Assembly: GCA_046759645.1 (NCBI GenBank)
Contig: JBHICO010000003.1
Span: forward strand, 1 to 56,740
Source of the DNA: Nitrososphaerales archaeon
GTDB lineage: Archaea > Thermoproteota > Nitrososphaeria > Nitrososphaerales > UBA213
Length of the DNA stretch: 56,740 nt
Reading direction: 5' to 3'
Part shown: positions 19,352 to 28,167 of the stretch, piece by piece
Numbering within the stretch: position 1 is the first letter of the stretch
How the letters are laid out: every line of letters begins with the position of its first letter
The notes under the pieces: generated by a model
Databases searched by the model: none
Told to the model about the DNA's origin: nothing
The model's input: only the letters and a program-made list of their open reading frames with translations
Position numbers and translations under genes: made by a program

Positions 19352-19741
19352 CTATGACAAGAATTCTTTGATCAAGGAATCTGACACTAGTGAATCTATT
19401 ATTTTGCGCCTCTCCTCTTTTGGCATCTCCTTCTTGGCAAACGAATCTATCGCTTTCAGCTTCCAGTAATTCGAGATAATATCATCTGCAACCTTCAGTA
19501 TTATTTTGTCAACTATCTCTCCAAGCGCCGTAAGAACATAAATGCCATGGCGTTTATGGACAAGGTTTGCACTTACAAGCTTATGAAGTCGAGTGGAATA
19601 CTGCTTCTTTGTAATCTTTAGCCTTCCAGCAGTGTTCCCCCTAGCACGGAAGCCCGTTGAAGCTGACTTCAGCATCTGTAGTGTAATTTCATCAGAAAGA
19701 ATGGCAAAGATGTCATGGGTTGTTGGTGCCGCCCCTCCCAC
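19352..19741 (-). CDS. wHTH transcriptional regulator (ArsR/MarR-like)
   Basis: FAILSDEITLQMLK ... LKITKKQYSTRLHKLVSANLVHKRHGIYVLT follows the HTH-wing pattern. Confidence 0.6.
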   Translation of the reverse strand: MGGAAPTTHDIFAILSDEITLQMLKSASTGFRARGNTAGRLKITKKQYSTRLHKLVSANLVHKRHGIYVLTALGEIVDKIILKVADDIISNYWKLKAIDSFAKKEMPKEERRKIIDSLVSDSLIKEFLS

Positions 19742-19895
19742 AAGATTATTATGAATCGGTTGTTTTAATCCATTTGCTGGCTTATCTTAGTTACGATTGA
19801 CGAAAATTTTCCATAATTGGTGATCTTAAGTTATCAGTAAAAATACGATGGATCATGCTGAAATACTTTTAATGTTAGAGTGGTAACTTTCTATA

Positions 19896-21047
19896 ATGAG
19901 GCATATGTTCACTCGTGAAGGGTCCGCAAAGAAGATTGTGATTGAAAAATTGCCAAGGGAGAATGAGATGGGAATAGGCTACTTCATTCCAAAGGATTCG
20001 TTCTCAATTTTTGATTACAAGGTAAAGGGCAAGTGGCCCTTTGATATCAAGAACAAAGGCCTAGCTATGAGATATATAATCAACAAGAGTTTTGAGATTG
20101 CCAAGAGCCATGACATACGAACTTGTTTCATAGAGTCAACCGAAGATGGCTGCAAGATATACGTGGTTAGGGTTCCTGGTGAGAATGGATTCCCAAGGGA
20201 GCCCGATGAGATCGAAGTTGGTGCTAGAAATAGAGTTGTAGATCTGGAAGTTGTCTTCAACTATTATTTGCATCCAAGATCTTCGCTTTTACGTGATTTC
20301 AAGGCTCGTAAGAAGAACTTCAACGATTATGGCTTTACTGAGATGCCCCAGGGAGGAGAGATTATTCCCAGCGCAGATCATGGCAACTTCAAGTTGGCAT
20401 ACACTACAAAATACGACAAGAGTGGTGATATTCCGTTAACGGAAGAACAGGCAAAAAAAAGGTCACGACTAACTGATGAGCAGTGGGACCAAGGGCAGGA
20501 GATGATAAAAAAATGTATTCCTCTAATTTCTAAGTATGCAGAGCAGAAAGAGTTGCTAAGAGCAGATGGTAAGTATGAATTATTTGTGGATTCAGATGGT
20601 AATGTTGGGCTAGCTGACACTTTTGGAAATCCTGAAGAAGACAGGTACCTACTCCAAATAAAAGATTTTAGCGTGATAGAAAGGTTCGTCGACTTTTATC
20701 AGAGTAGATGGAGTCTTGATCCTGCAAAAGTATCTGCTGTGATCGATGAGGTAAAGAAAGAACCGAAACACTTTCAAGATTTTAGCAAGCAGTTCTTGCG
20801 AAACTGGTATATAGATAATGGGTGGAAGAAGCTCTATTCTGAAGGAAAGGCGCGAGAACCACCTATGATGCCAATGGTTACCTTGAACGCCTATTCCGAT
20901 TGTTTGCTCTCATTCGCATCCATATGGTCAGGAAAAGTTGGTGATATTGTAAATAGTGTTGGTGATATAACAAGACCGATAGTAGAAGTTGCATCAGAAT
21001 TATTGGTGTTGGAGTACTTTAACAAGAAGGGTCTGGTTCCTTCCTAG
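19896..21047 (+). CDS. SAICAR-synthetase (PurC)-family protein, unusually long
   Basis: Colinear PurC-like blocks: EGSAKKIV, KDSFSIFDYK..NKGLAMRYIINKSFEI..IRTCFIE, DGKYELFVDSDGNVGLADTFGNPEEDRY, SKQFLRNWY...PPMMP. At 383 aa it is about 100 aa longer than a typical PurC. Confidence 0.5.
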   Translation: MRHMFTREGSAKKIVIEKLPRENEMGIGYFIPKDSFSIFDYKVKGKWPFDIKNKGLAMRYIINKSFEIAKSHDIRTCFIESTEDGCKIYVVRVPGENGFPREPDEIEVGARNRVVDLEVVFNYYLHPRSSLLRDFKARKKNFNDYGFTEMPQGGEIIPSADHGNFKLAYTTKYDKSGDIPLTEEQAKKRSRLTDEQWDQGQEMIKKCIPLISKYAEQKELLRADGKYELFVDSDGNVGLADTFGNPEEDRYLLQIKDFSVIERFVDFYQSRWSLDPAKVSAVIDEVKKEPKHFQDFSKQFLRNWYIDNGWKKLYSEGKAREPPMMPMVTLNAYSDCLLSFASIWSGKVGDIVNSVGDITRPIVEVASELLVLEYFNKKGLVPS

Positions 21048-21050
21048 AGA

Positions 21051-21254
21051 TCATTTTATCCTGCCTTCTTGCCTAAGATCAGATAATATTCTCATGAGCG
21101 TATCGTAATCAATATTTACTTCATTCAAAATCCTTGCATGATCGACATTGCCTTGCTTCTTTATGAAGCGTGCGACCATCTGCTTCTTCTTGAGATACAC
21201 TCTGTCCACAATTATAGAATATATTGGCATTAAATAAAGTTCAGGAATAAACAA
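21051..21254 (-). CDS. small hypothetical protein, possible wHTH
   Basis: ARILNEVNIDYDTLMRILSDLRQEGRI is HTH-like. The start is uncertain. Confidence 0.4.
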   Translation of the reverse strand: MFIPELYLMPIYSIIVDRVYLKKKQMVARFIKKQGNVDHARILNEVNIDYDTLMRILSDLRQEGRIK

Positions 21255-21262
21255 GGAAGAAT

Positions 21263-21502
21263 TTAACGGCTCTTAATAATCTTCTCCAGCATGTCGAGAG
21301 CATTCATTCTCTCACTGTAGGTAAGCCCCTTTGACGCAATATCAGAAAGCACCTCAAACGCATCATCACCAAGTTCACCAAGAAGATCAATTGCTCTCAT
21401 TCTTTCGCTGAACGTGTTGTTTTCTGAGAGCGCTATCTCCTTTAACTTGCCTCCTCTTACCTTACCTGTCTCTCTTCTAGAAAGTTTTTCTTCTTTGGAC
21501 AT
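21263..21502 (-). CDS. small HEAT-like repeat protein
   Basis: Two copies of the pattern SERM.A.D.L (FSERMRAIDLLGELG and YSERMNALDMLEKI). Confidence 0.5.
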   Translation of the reverse strand: MSKEEKLSRRETGKVRGGKLKEIALSENNTFSERMRAIDLLGELGDDAFEVLSDIASKGLTYSERMNALDMLEKIIKSR

Positions 21503-21574
21503 ATACTCTTGATAACTGTGGTTAATTATTAAACTTTCCTACCCGAAAAGTTGACTTGAGGTCAATAGATCTTG

Positions 21575-21760
21575 CTAGTTGTTGTACCGTCTGATTTGCC
21601 TAACGAACTTGCTATGAGAATGCGCCCTTATGAAATTCTGGAGTTCGATCCATTCTTCCTTCGAAAGATCTGCTTCCAGCATCTCTTTCATTATGAGATT
21701 CTCCCGTGCAAAATGCTCATCTATTATTTTTTGGAAGTAGTCCACTGTTGACTGCGTCAT
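21575..21760 (-). CDS. hypothetical protein (61 aa)
   Basis: Small helical ORF. No motif recognised. Confidence 0.35.
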   Translation of the reverse strand: MTQSTVDYFQKIIDEHFARENLIMKEMLEADLSKEEWIELQNFIRAHSHSKFVRQIRRYNN

Positions 21761-21914
21761 TGTTCATATTTTACAAGGCAGAAATAAAGAGTGAAATGAC
21801 AAATTATCTAGAGTGACGTGGTGAAATTTGTAACTCCATCATTGTTTTTCCGGAAACTACCCTTTCTAATTCCTCAATTCAAAAAACGGATTGACTATAT
21901 GCTGTGCAGATCAA

Positions 21915-23555
21915 CTACTGGACTGTGAGAACCATATTTTCTGAATATACACGCGCATCTTCTCTAGTTATTGTAAGCTTCACTACGTAAATACCCCCTT
22001 CTGCGTACTGATGTATTACCTGTTGTTGGTTGCTTGTAGAACCATCACCAAAATCCCATTTATACGAAAGAATGATACTAGTTCCAAACTGTTGATTTGC
22101 GTTATCCTCTGTAGAGCTACTGTCGAAGAAGTATGTTCTATCTGTTCCTACAGGTTTGATGGAAAGATCTGATACTCTGCTCTGTTCAATTGTTGGGGTA
22201 AATTTACCGAATAGTTCACCGCCACTAACACCGTTGTAGGCAAATGCTCCAGACACAACTACCGCAAATCCTATTGCTGTGAATACCATTGATTTCTTGA
22301 ATATCTCAGTTCTTCCGATCGAACTTGTAGCTGTCTTCAATGCGGGCCATAAGGAACTTGATAGCTTGGTTGTATTAACTCCTATACCAGTAATTGCAAC
22401 CGTAGCAACTATGACCACAAAGGCAATATCAGTAAATACCGATGCTCCCTCGATGTTATACAGCAACGGTAATTGGGCAGCTACTGCAGCAGCAAGACCC
22501 CTGGGCAGCATGAAGCTTATGAGCCACATATCCTTCCTGAGCTCCTGATCCTTGTACGTGCTGATCCATGATGCACCAATCCTTGCGAAGAAAAGTGTTA
22601 GCGCTATGATTATCCCTGCTATTATAATGCCTGTGGTGCTTACAGAGATTATCAACCCTAGGAAAACGAAGAAAATTGCTCGCACCATGAATGAGATCTG
22701 AGAGTGGAACTTCTTGGCAGAGACTTCGATGGTTGTGTCTCTCACATGAGGGAGCTCGTGCTTTAATGACCGGAATATCCTTGCTGCGTTTCCAAAAGTT
22801 ATACCAAAGGCAAGTGCAGCTACAGGACCACTTCCTCCCAGAAACTCAGTAACTCCGTATAACACGAATGCAATAGCCAGAGTAAGAATGTCTTCATATG
22901 CTGTCTTCATTGCGATTAGTGCTCGCATCCAAGCAAGACCAGCTATAATGCCAATGGCTGCACCGATAAGAAATCCATTGACAATTCCCCTACTGACGAA
23001 GCTAAGAACGTCAGGATTCGACTGTATCGCTATGATCTGGATTATAGCCAATACGGCCATGATCACGATCACATCAGTGTAAGCTGATTCAAGCGAAAGT
23101 AGTGTTGATGTCTTCTGGTTTGATGTAACTTTGTTTGCGAGAGGGATCACTATTGCTGCACTGGTTCCACCGATTATTGCGCCCATCAAAAGTCCACTCC
23201 CTGGTTCCCAGCCAAGCATCGCGACTGTTACTAACATTGTTGTTATCATTGTAAGGACAACGCCAGTTGCAGCAAGTATTATAGCCCTACCGCTTCCTTT
23301 TAGCACACGCTTGTAATTCATGTTAAGGCCTCCATCGAAGAGAATTATCGTTATGACCAGTGCAGAAAGAAGTGGGGCGAAATCAATTATATCTGCCCTT
23401 TCAATAACGCCAAAAGATGGTCCTAGTAACACCCCAATGGCAAGAAGTATTATAACATCGGGTAAGCCGAACCTTTTGAATATGTACTCGCTGACATATC
23501 CTATCAAAATGAAAATGCCAGCTAGGCCCAAGATTAGAGGTATGTCTAATGCCAT
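21915..23555 (-). CDS. cation:proton antiporter (CPA1/NhaP-like) with C-terminal PKD domain
   Basis: About 420 aa of repeated TM helices typical of the Na_H_exchanger fold. This is followed by one more TM and the PKD signature WDFGDGSTS...HQYAEGGIYVVKLTI. Confidence 0.85.
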   Translation of the reverse strand: MALDIPLILGLAGIFILIGYVSEYIFKRFGLPDVIILLAIGVLLGPSFGVIERADIIDFAPLLSALVITIILFDGGLNMNYKRVLKGSGRAIILAATGVVLTMITTMLVTVAMLGWEPGSGLLMGAIIGGTSAAIVIPLANKVTSNQKTSTLLSLESAYTDVIVIMAVLAIIQIIAIQSNPDVLSFVSRGIVNGFLIGAAIGIIAGLAWMRALIAMKTAYEDILTLAIAFVLYGVTEFLGGSGPVAALAFGITFGNAARIFRSLKHELPHVRDTTIEVSAKKFHSQISFMVRAIFFVFLGLIISVSTTGIIIAGIIIALTLFFARIGASWISTYKDQELRKDMWLISFMLPRGLAAAVAAQLPLLYNIEGASVFTDIAFVVIVATVAITGIGVNTTKLSSSLWPALKTATSSIGRTEIFKKSMVFTAIGFAVVVSGAFAYNGVSGGELFGKFTPTIEQSRVSDLSIKPVGTDRTYFFDSSSTEDNANQQFGTSIILSYKWDFGDGSTSNQQQVIHQYAEGGIYVVKLTITREDARVYSENMVLTVQ

Positions 23556-23668
23556 GAATGGTATTCCATTCTAAGGTGATTATTTTATTCCTTTTGGATT
23601 GCACGCAGCTTGTGTGGGTCCAGAAAAATTAACATAAATCTCATATATACAATGAGGTCTGTCATCTC

Positions 23669-24073
23669 ATGGTCAGGCCTAAAATTAGTGTAGAATTTCC
23701 TGACCTCTGTCAAGAGGTTATTGTAGAATTAGACGAAGGAAGTGCACCGGCAACAGTAAAGGCGATTCTGGAGCGGTTGCCTTTAGAAGTCATGATTAAC
23801 CGGTGGGGCGATGAACTTTACACTGAACCAATGCCAGTTAAGGTCGGAATAGAAAATGCGAAAACTGTTGTAGATTTGATGGACGCTGCTTACTGGCCAC
23901 AGGGAAATGCATTGTGTTTGTTCTTTGGTCCAACCCCAATAAGCACCGGCAATAAGATAAAACCTTACTCTTCAGTAAACGTAGTTGGTCGGATCATTAG
24001 TAAAGGGAATGTGGCTAAAAGAGTTAACGATAGTACAAGAGTAATCATAAGAAGTAGATTACACTCTGGCTAG
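23669..24073 (+). CDS. cyclophilin-like fold protein (uncharacterised family)
   Basis: The pattern SAPATVKAILERLPLE..NRWGDELY..YWPQGNALCLFFGPTPIS resembles the cyclophilin-like (DUF369-type) family. The assignment is tentative. Confidence 0.45.
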   Translation: MVRPKISVEFPDLCQEVIVELDEGSAPATVKAILERLPLEVMINRWGDELYTEPMPVKVGIENAKTVVDLMDAAYWPQGNALCLFFGPTPISTGNKIKPYSSVNVVGRIISKGNVAKRVNDSTRVIIRSRLHSG

Positions 24074-24550
24074 GTTTGTTATTTCTTGGGCAACTCTATC
24101 TATTTCGGTAGTTCCAATCAGATCTACGAGAATTACGCGTTCTCTAAATTCATCAATGTCATGTTGTGTTAGACTATCAAGGACTGGATCCTTTCCCCAC
24201 GCATCTATTATTCTGCCTTTTGCATCTATGCCATTCCTTTGCAGTGCAACCAGTCCCTGCCCCGGAAGATGCCCTTTTGTATCTTTTCCACACAGAATAA
24301 TGTATTTTATTCTCCTGTTCTGCAGCACATACTTGATTAGTGTCTCTATTCCCTTGTTTTCAGAGAACAATCTTGCTGCAATAGCAACTTTGCTCATCAA
24401 CTCTGATTTAGAGAACAGGTCAAGCATGTTGATACTAGATAATGTGCATAAAGCTATACTGGAGTTTTCATCACCGTAGAAGATGTCATGTTTAACCGGA
24501 ATCAATATCTCACATACCTTTCCTGCAAACTTGGCTAGTAAATTGGTCAT
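24059..24550 (-). CDS. soluble MtrA-like corrinoid-binding protein
   Basis: Colinear with the cytoplasmic domain of methanogen MtrA: IKYIILCGKDTKGHLPGQGLVALQRNGIDAKGRIIDAWGKDPVL..IDEFRERVILVDLIG. The His of the GH motif is retained. There is no C-terminal TM helix. I set the start at the ATG at 24550, which overlaps the stop of the upstream gene (ATGA); the track start at 24634 lies inside that gene. Confidence 0.8.
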   Translation of the reverse strand: MTNLLAKFAGKVCEILIPVKHDIFYGDENSSIALCTLSSINMLDLFSKSELMSKVAIAARLFSENKGIETLIKYVLQNRRIKYIILCGKDTKGHLPGQGLVALQRNGIDAKGRIIDAWGKDPVLDSLTQHDIDEFRERVILVDLIGTTEIDRVAQEITNLARV

Positions 24551-24939
24551 TCCAGTCCCCAGCTGATTTTCACTAATGGCTTTACCTTGATAAAAGGTGC
24601 TTCTCTCTCGTTCCATGGGGTATCTCTTACCCAAGCAAATTTTCTGTAAAACTTTCCATAAACTTTCCTGAACTCCTTTCCTTCGTCAATTAGTTCTGCC
24701 TCGCCTTGTATAACTACTGCCTTGTTTGGCTGATAAACATCTATTACAAGTGCAATGCTTCTATTCTTCACCAAATTCCTGTATTTTTTAGTATCGTAAT
24801 CTGTGGCAAGGTAAAAGTGACCATTTATGAGCATGTAACAAATTGGCACAATATGTGGTACGGCATTACCAACTGTTGCCATCCGGCATATCTCATATTT
24901 ATTTAAGAACGCAGACTCCTTCTTCCTGAAGTTTACCAT
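24547..24939 (-). CDS. pyridoxamine 5'-phosphate oxidase-family (PPOX, flavin/F420-type) protein
   Basis: 130 aa split-barrel pattern: CRMATVG..PHIVPICY...YLATDYDTKKYRNLVKN..IALVID. Confidence 0.75.
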   Translation of the reverse strand: MVNFRKKESAFLNKYEICRMATVGNAVPHIVPICYMLINGHFYLATDYDTKKYRNLVKNRSIALVIDVYQPNKAVVIQGEAELIDEGKEFRKVYGKFYRKFAWVRDTPWNEREAPFIKVKPLVKISWGLE

Positions 24940-24993
24940 TACATAGTACTGAACCAGGCAATATTTATCAGCAACTTTTACGTATAATTAATA

Positions 24994-25197
24994 ATGAGCG
25001 AAAAGAAGGAAGGTCAAGTGGTAGAATTGCCGTTCCTGCTCTCCAAGATAGCTCTTGATGCTGGTCTCTCCATGGGGCTTTCGCTGGCTAGGCTAACACA
25101 AATAATGACAAGATCACTAGATGCGGGTATAGAAAGATACATAGAGTTGATGGAAAGCGAGACGGGAACTACTAGAGAAAAAGTAAAGGTCGAGTGA
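24994..25197 (+). CDS. hypothetical protein (67 aa)
   Basis: Protein-like amphipathic sequence. I preferred it over the antisense ORF 25014..25214. An AT-rich TATA-like element lies about 25-30 nt upstream. Confidence 0.4.
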   Translation: MSEKKEGQVVELPFLLSKIALDAGLSMGLSLARLTQIMTRSLDAGIERYIELMESETGTTREKVKVE

Positions 25198-26373
25198 TTA
25201 TACCGCTTTCTCAAACAGTATATTCAGCTCGTCTCCTTGCAGCTTTGCCTTGGACATCTTCATGCCCATAGTGGCAGCTGGAAGGGGCACTATGTTAACC
25301 AACTGACCTACTTCATTTCTAACCTTTATAGTCAGCTGGTCGCCAAACCGCTCTATGTCAAAATCATCCTTTTCCGTAAATGGCACTTTTACTTTCATGT
25401 TGAATGATTCGTCTAATGTCTCGAAGTTAAATGGCTCGCCTTTGTAGAATACTTGTGTAGCATCTTCATTATCAAACAATTCTTTGCTATACCTTTCGAG
25501 CATCTCTATTCCCTTCAATTCGGTTTCAAAAAGTTTGAGTTTCTTCACAGGTAAGGGATAGAAGTTTGCTTCTGCTTCTTTTACCTTACCCTCTTGGAAG
25601 TCTGCCCATTTTGCAAAATATGCTTCTTCGACCTTTGGCATAATCTTGTTCAGAATTGCCATATCCACATTGATTCCGTATAGGTTTGCTGACATTAATG
25701 CACGTTTCGCATTCTCGATGCTGAACGAGTCTGGATTCGCGACCAACCTAATGCTTGTTATATCATGGTCCTTTATTATATCCGCTAATTTTTCCAGCTT
25801 TTCGACCAGCTCAAACTCTATTTTAAGTATTGCAGAACTTGGGGCTGGTATTCTTGCAATTGGTTCAAATATCCTTGCTATACCACTAAACAAACCCGTT
25901 AAATTCATCAGACGTTTGTTCAAACTTCCAATTAGTTTTGGAAAGTAGAGGTAGCGCAATGCTTCGCCCGATGCCATCATATCTAGTACAACAACATCAT
26001 ACGTCTCCTTATCCTTGATTTCTTCAATCTTTAGTAATGAAAACAGTTGCGTCATCCCTGGAAGCATCGCGATTTCATAAGCGAGGGTCTCATCAATGCC
26101 TTTGGACGAAAAGAGTGATGCCATATAGGAGAGCAATTGTTGATACTGCTTGTTCATTTCATTCACAGGGTCTATCTGCAGCGCGTCCAGATGGTCATAT
26201 ACATGGGTTACCTCGTCACCGACATTCTGCGCATAAGCGTCGCTGAGGGTATGTGCTGGGTCAGCTGATATAATCAGCGTTGCGTGTCCGCGCTCTGCAC
26301 TTCTCAAAGCTGTGGCACAGGAAGAAACTGTCTTCCCTGTTCCTCCTTTTCCCGTGTACAGTATTAATCGCAT
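25198..26373 (-). CDS. ArsA/Get3-family ATPase with C-terminal HSP20-like domain
   Basis: Deviant Walker A GKGGTGKT and DPAHTLSD. The C-terminal beta-sandwich-like FNMKVKVPFTEKDDFDIERFGDQLTIKV...LNILFEK is as in ArsA_HSP20. Confidence 0.9.
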   Translation of the reverse strand: MRLILYTGKGGTGKTVSSCATALRSAERGHATLIISADPAHTLSDAYAQNVGDEVTHVYDHLDALQIDPVNEMNKQYQQLLSYMASLFSSKGIDETLAYEIAMLPGMTQLFSLLKIEEIKDKETYDVVVLDMMASGEALRYLYFPKLIGSLNKRLMNLTGLFSGIARIFEPIARIPAPSSAILKIEFELVEKLEKLADIIKDHDITSIRLVANPDSFSIENAKRALMSANLYGINVDMAILNKIMPKVEEAYFAKWADFQEGKVKEAEANFYPLPVKKLKLFETELKGIEMLERYSKELFDNEDATQVFYKGEPFNFETLDESFNMKVKVPFTEKDDFDIERFGDQLTIKVRNEVGQLVNIVPLPAATMGMKMSKAKLQGDELNILFEKAV

Positions 26374-26686
26374 GCGACTCTATTTCACTAGCGATATTAT
26401 AAGCGTTTTGTGTACACTGTAAACAGTATCTAGGTGCCCTCCCTGTTGCCGCTATGCCTAGCCTTATGTATAAGCAGAGGATGCTGTCGACGTTCTGAAT
26501 ACAATTCAGACAATATGATATATTATCAAGCGTTATTTGTTAGAATTTCTTCGTTGTTAGCTATGTAGGTGTTGCTTCCGCGCTTACCAGTGTACAGGTA
26601 AGATAAAACGTGGTCTAAAGTCCATTTACCACTGGTCTGCTTGTTTCCTGACCTTGCTAATAATGTTTTTTCCTAGATCGTTTCGT

Positions 26687-27347
26687 TTATTGGAATCTGT
26701 TTATCCCTCTGCACCAAATGCCTTTATCAGTTCGAGTCCGATCTACAGCAGCTTTTGTTAATTCTTTCTCTATATCAGGTACTCCACAGCCAACTATCAG
26801 AACCTTCTTCGTATCTTCATTAATTCTTGTACGAAAAGCGTCACGATGTGGAAATATATGCAGTACACCATTGCTATCTGGAAGCACGATCTCCGTCCCG
26901 GACAAGAAATGTTTTTGGTTTGAAATGTCTGTGAATTCCTCTCCCCTATTTGCTAGCCTTAACGTAACATCATCAACTATTCTGTTTGCATCGTAGCTCC
27001 CTAAGGGAATCAAAGTCTCTATAGAGGCCATGTTACCTGCATCGACAACATTGTTTATCCTTGGTATTGTTCTATTTACAATGAATCTTCTGACTAGGGC
27101 CTCGCTCGAGGGTCTTGTCTTTGTTGGATCGAGCCCTATGCGCCGATAGAAGTTGCGTAGAGCTCTAACTGTTGGCTGATCTTTCAGTATTTCTTTACTG
27201 ACAGGCAATTTTGAGGCAACCTGCTGTAAAAGGATGCCAAGAGTATAATCTTTGCTGACACATATCGGTCATTGTGGAATATAGATTTATACCAGTATAC
27301 GAACGCAAAACGTTATCATCGATCTTAATCGTATAATACGAAGTCAT
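26687..27347 (-). pseudogene. B3/B4 (PheT-like tRNA-binding) domain protein, apparently frameshifted
   Basis: The C-terminal 173 aa (26687..27208) carry the B3/4 motif FYRRIGLDPTKTRPSSEALVRRF..INNVVDAGN. The expected N-terminal about 45 aa (MTSYYTIKIDDNVLRSYTGINLYS..) are in another frame (27195..27347). The two frames can be joined near 27250-27262. Confidence 0.5.
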
Positions 27348-27434
27348 GAGATGCAATTGGGATGGGTAAATAAATCTGTTTAGCATTAGATTTACTGAAA
27401 ATTTTATATTTTAGATCATGATTAGAAAACATGA

Positions 27435-27983
27435 ATGCAACCAACCAGTGTTGAGCGTGACGAGAAAAATAGCATAAGGGTCTACAAGATAGTGTTCTAT
27501 ATTTGTGCTACCATTATGATTATTATAACAGCATATGCGTTGGTAGAAAGTTTGATAGAATATTTGGCAACTGGGAAGGTTGTGATAGGAGAAGTTTTGG
27601 TCAACACCGAATTTCCCATGCCGGGTTTTGCCAAGCTAGTTTCTTACCTTATGATAGTGTCAGTTGTCGGTTGGTTCTGTGTAATTAGACTTGGGAGAAG
27701 TAAAACTGAAAACCTCTCTAAGACCAATAAATCAATACTTAGGCTGATTGCACTTGCGCTTACAGTTGTTACATCCTATGAACTGATATACAATTTCTTC
27801 ATATGGAATGCGTTGGTGACCGCGGATGCGCTAAGTGGGATATTTAGACTAGATGTTTTGAACATACCCTACCCAAATCCACAGACGCCTTGGAGTCTTG
27901 TGTTTGCAACGAAGATGTTCCTCTCCGCGGTAATTATAAGTTCACATGCGTTCTATCTTATGTCTAAACCTGATAATAGGTAA
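27435..27983 (+). CDS. integral membrane protein (about 4 TM), uncharacterised
   Basis: Four long hydrophobic segments. No motif recognised. Confidence 0.55.
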   Translation: MQPTSVERDEKNSIRVYKIVFYICATIMIIITAYALVESLIEYLATGKVVIGEVLVNTEFPMPGFAKLVSYLMIVSVVGWFCVIRLGRSKTENLSKTNKSILRLIALALTVVTSYELIYNFFIWNALVTADALSGIFRLDVLNIPYPNPQTPWSLVFATKMFLSAVIISSHAFYLMSKPDNR

Positions 27984-28167
27984 CGTTGGTTATGCGTGTT
28001 GTTGTAAGGAAGCACATAATTTGCTAAACTTCTCAAACTGTTGGTAACTTTGCCCAGTTGATGAAAAACTTTGTTCTACTTTTCTTTCCTCTCTTTGAAT
28101 AAATTATTACACATATACATTGTTCTCATAGGCTTAGATTTATAGCAGAACATTCACAAGCCATGTT

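Noticed and set aside
25014-25214. 66-aa minus-strand ORF overlapping the arsA-like stop
   Set aside because: It is the mirror of the more protein-like plus-strand ORF 24994..25197 and has Ser/Thr-rich shadow composition. Neither ORF is certain.
26494-26510. Palindrome TCTGAAT-ACA-ATTCAGA in the 313-bp gap upstream of the arsA-like gene
   Set aside because: Seven-bp arms are expected a few times by chance in 57 kb. I found no second copy and no positional logic.
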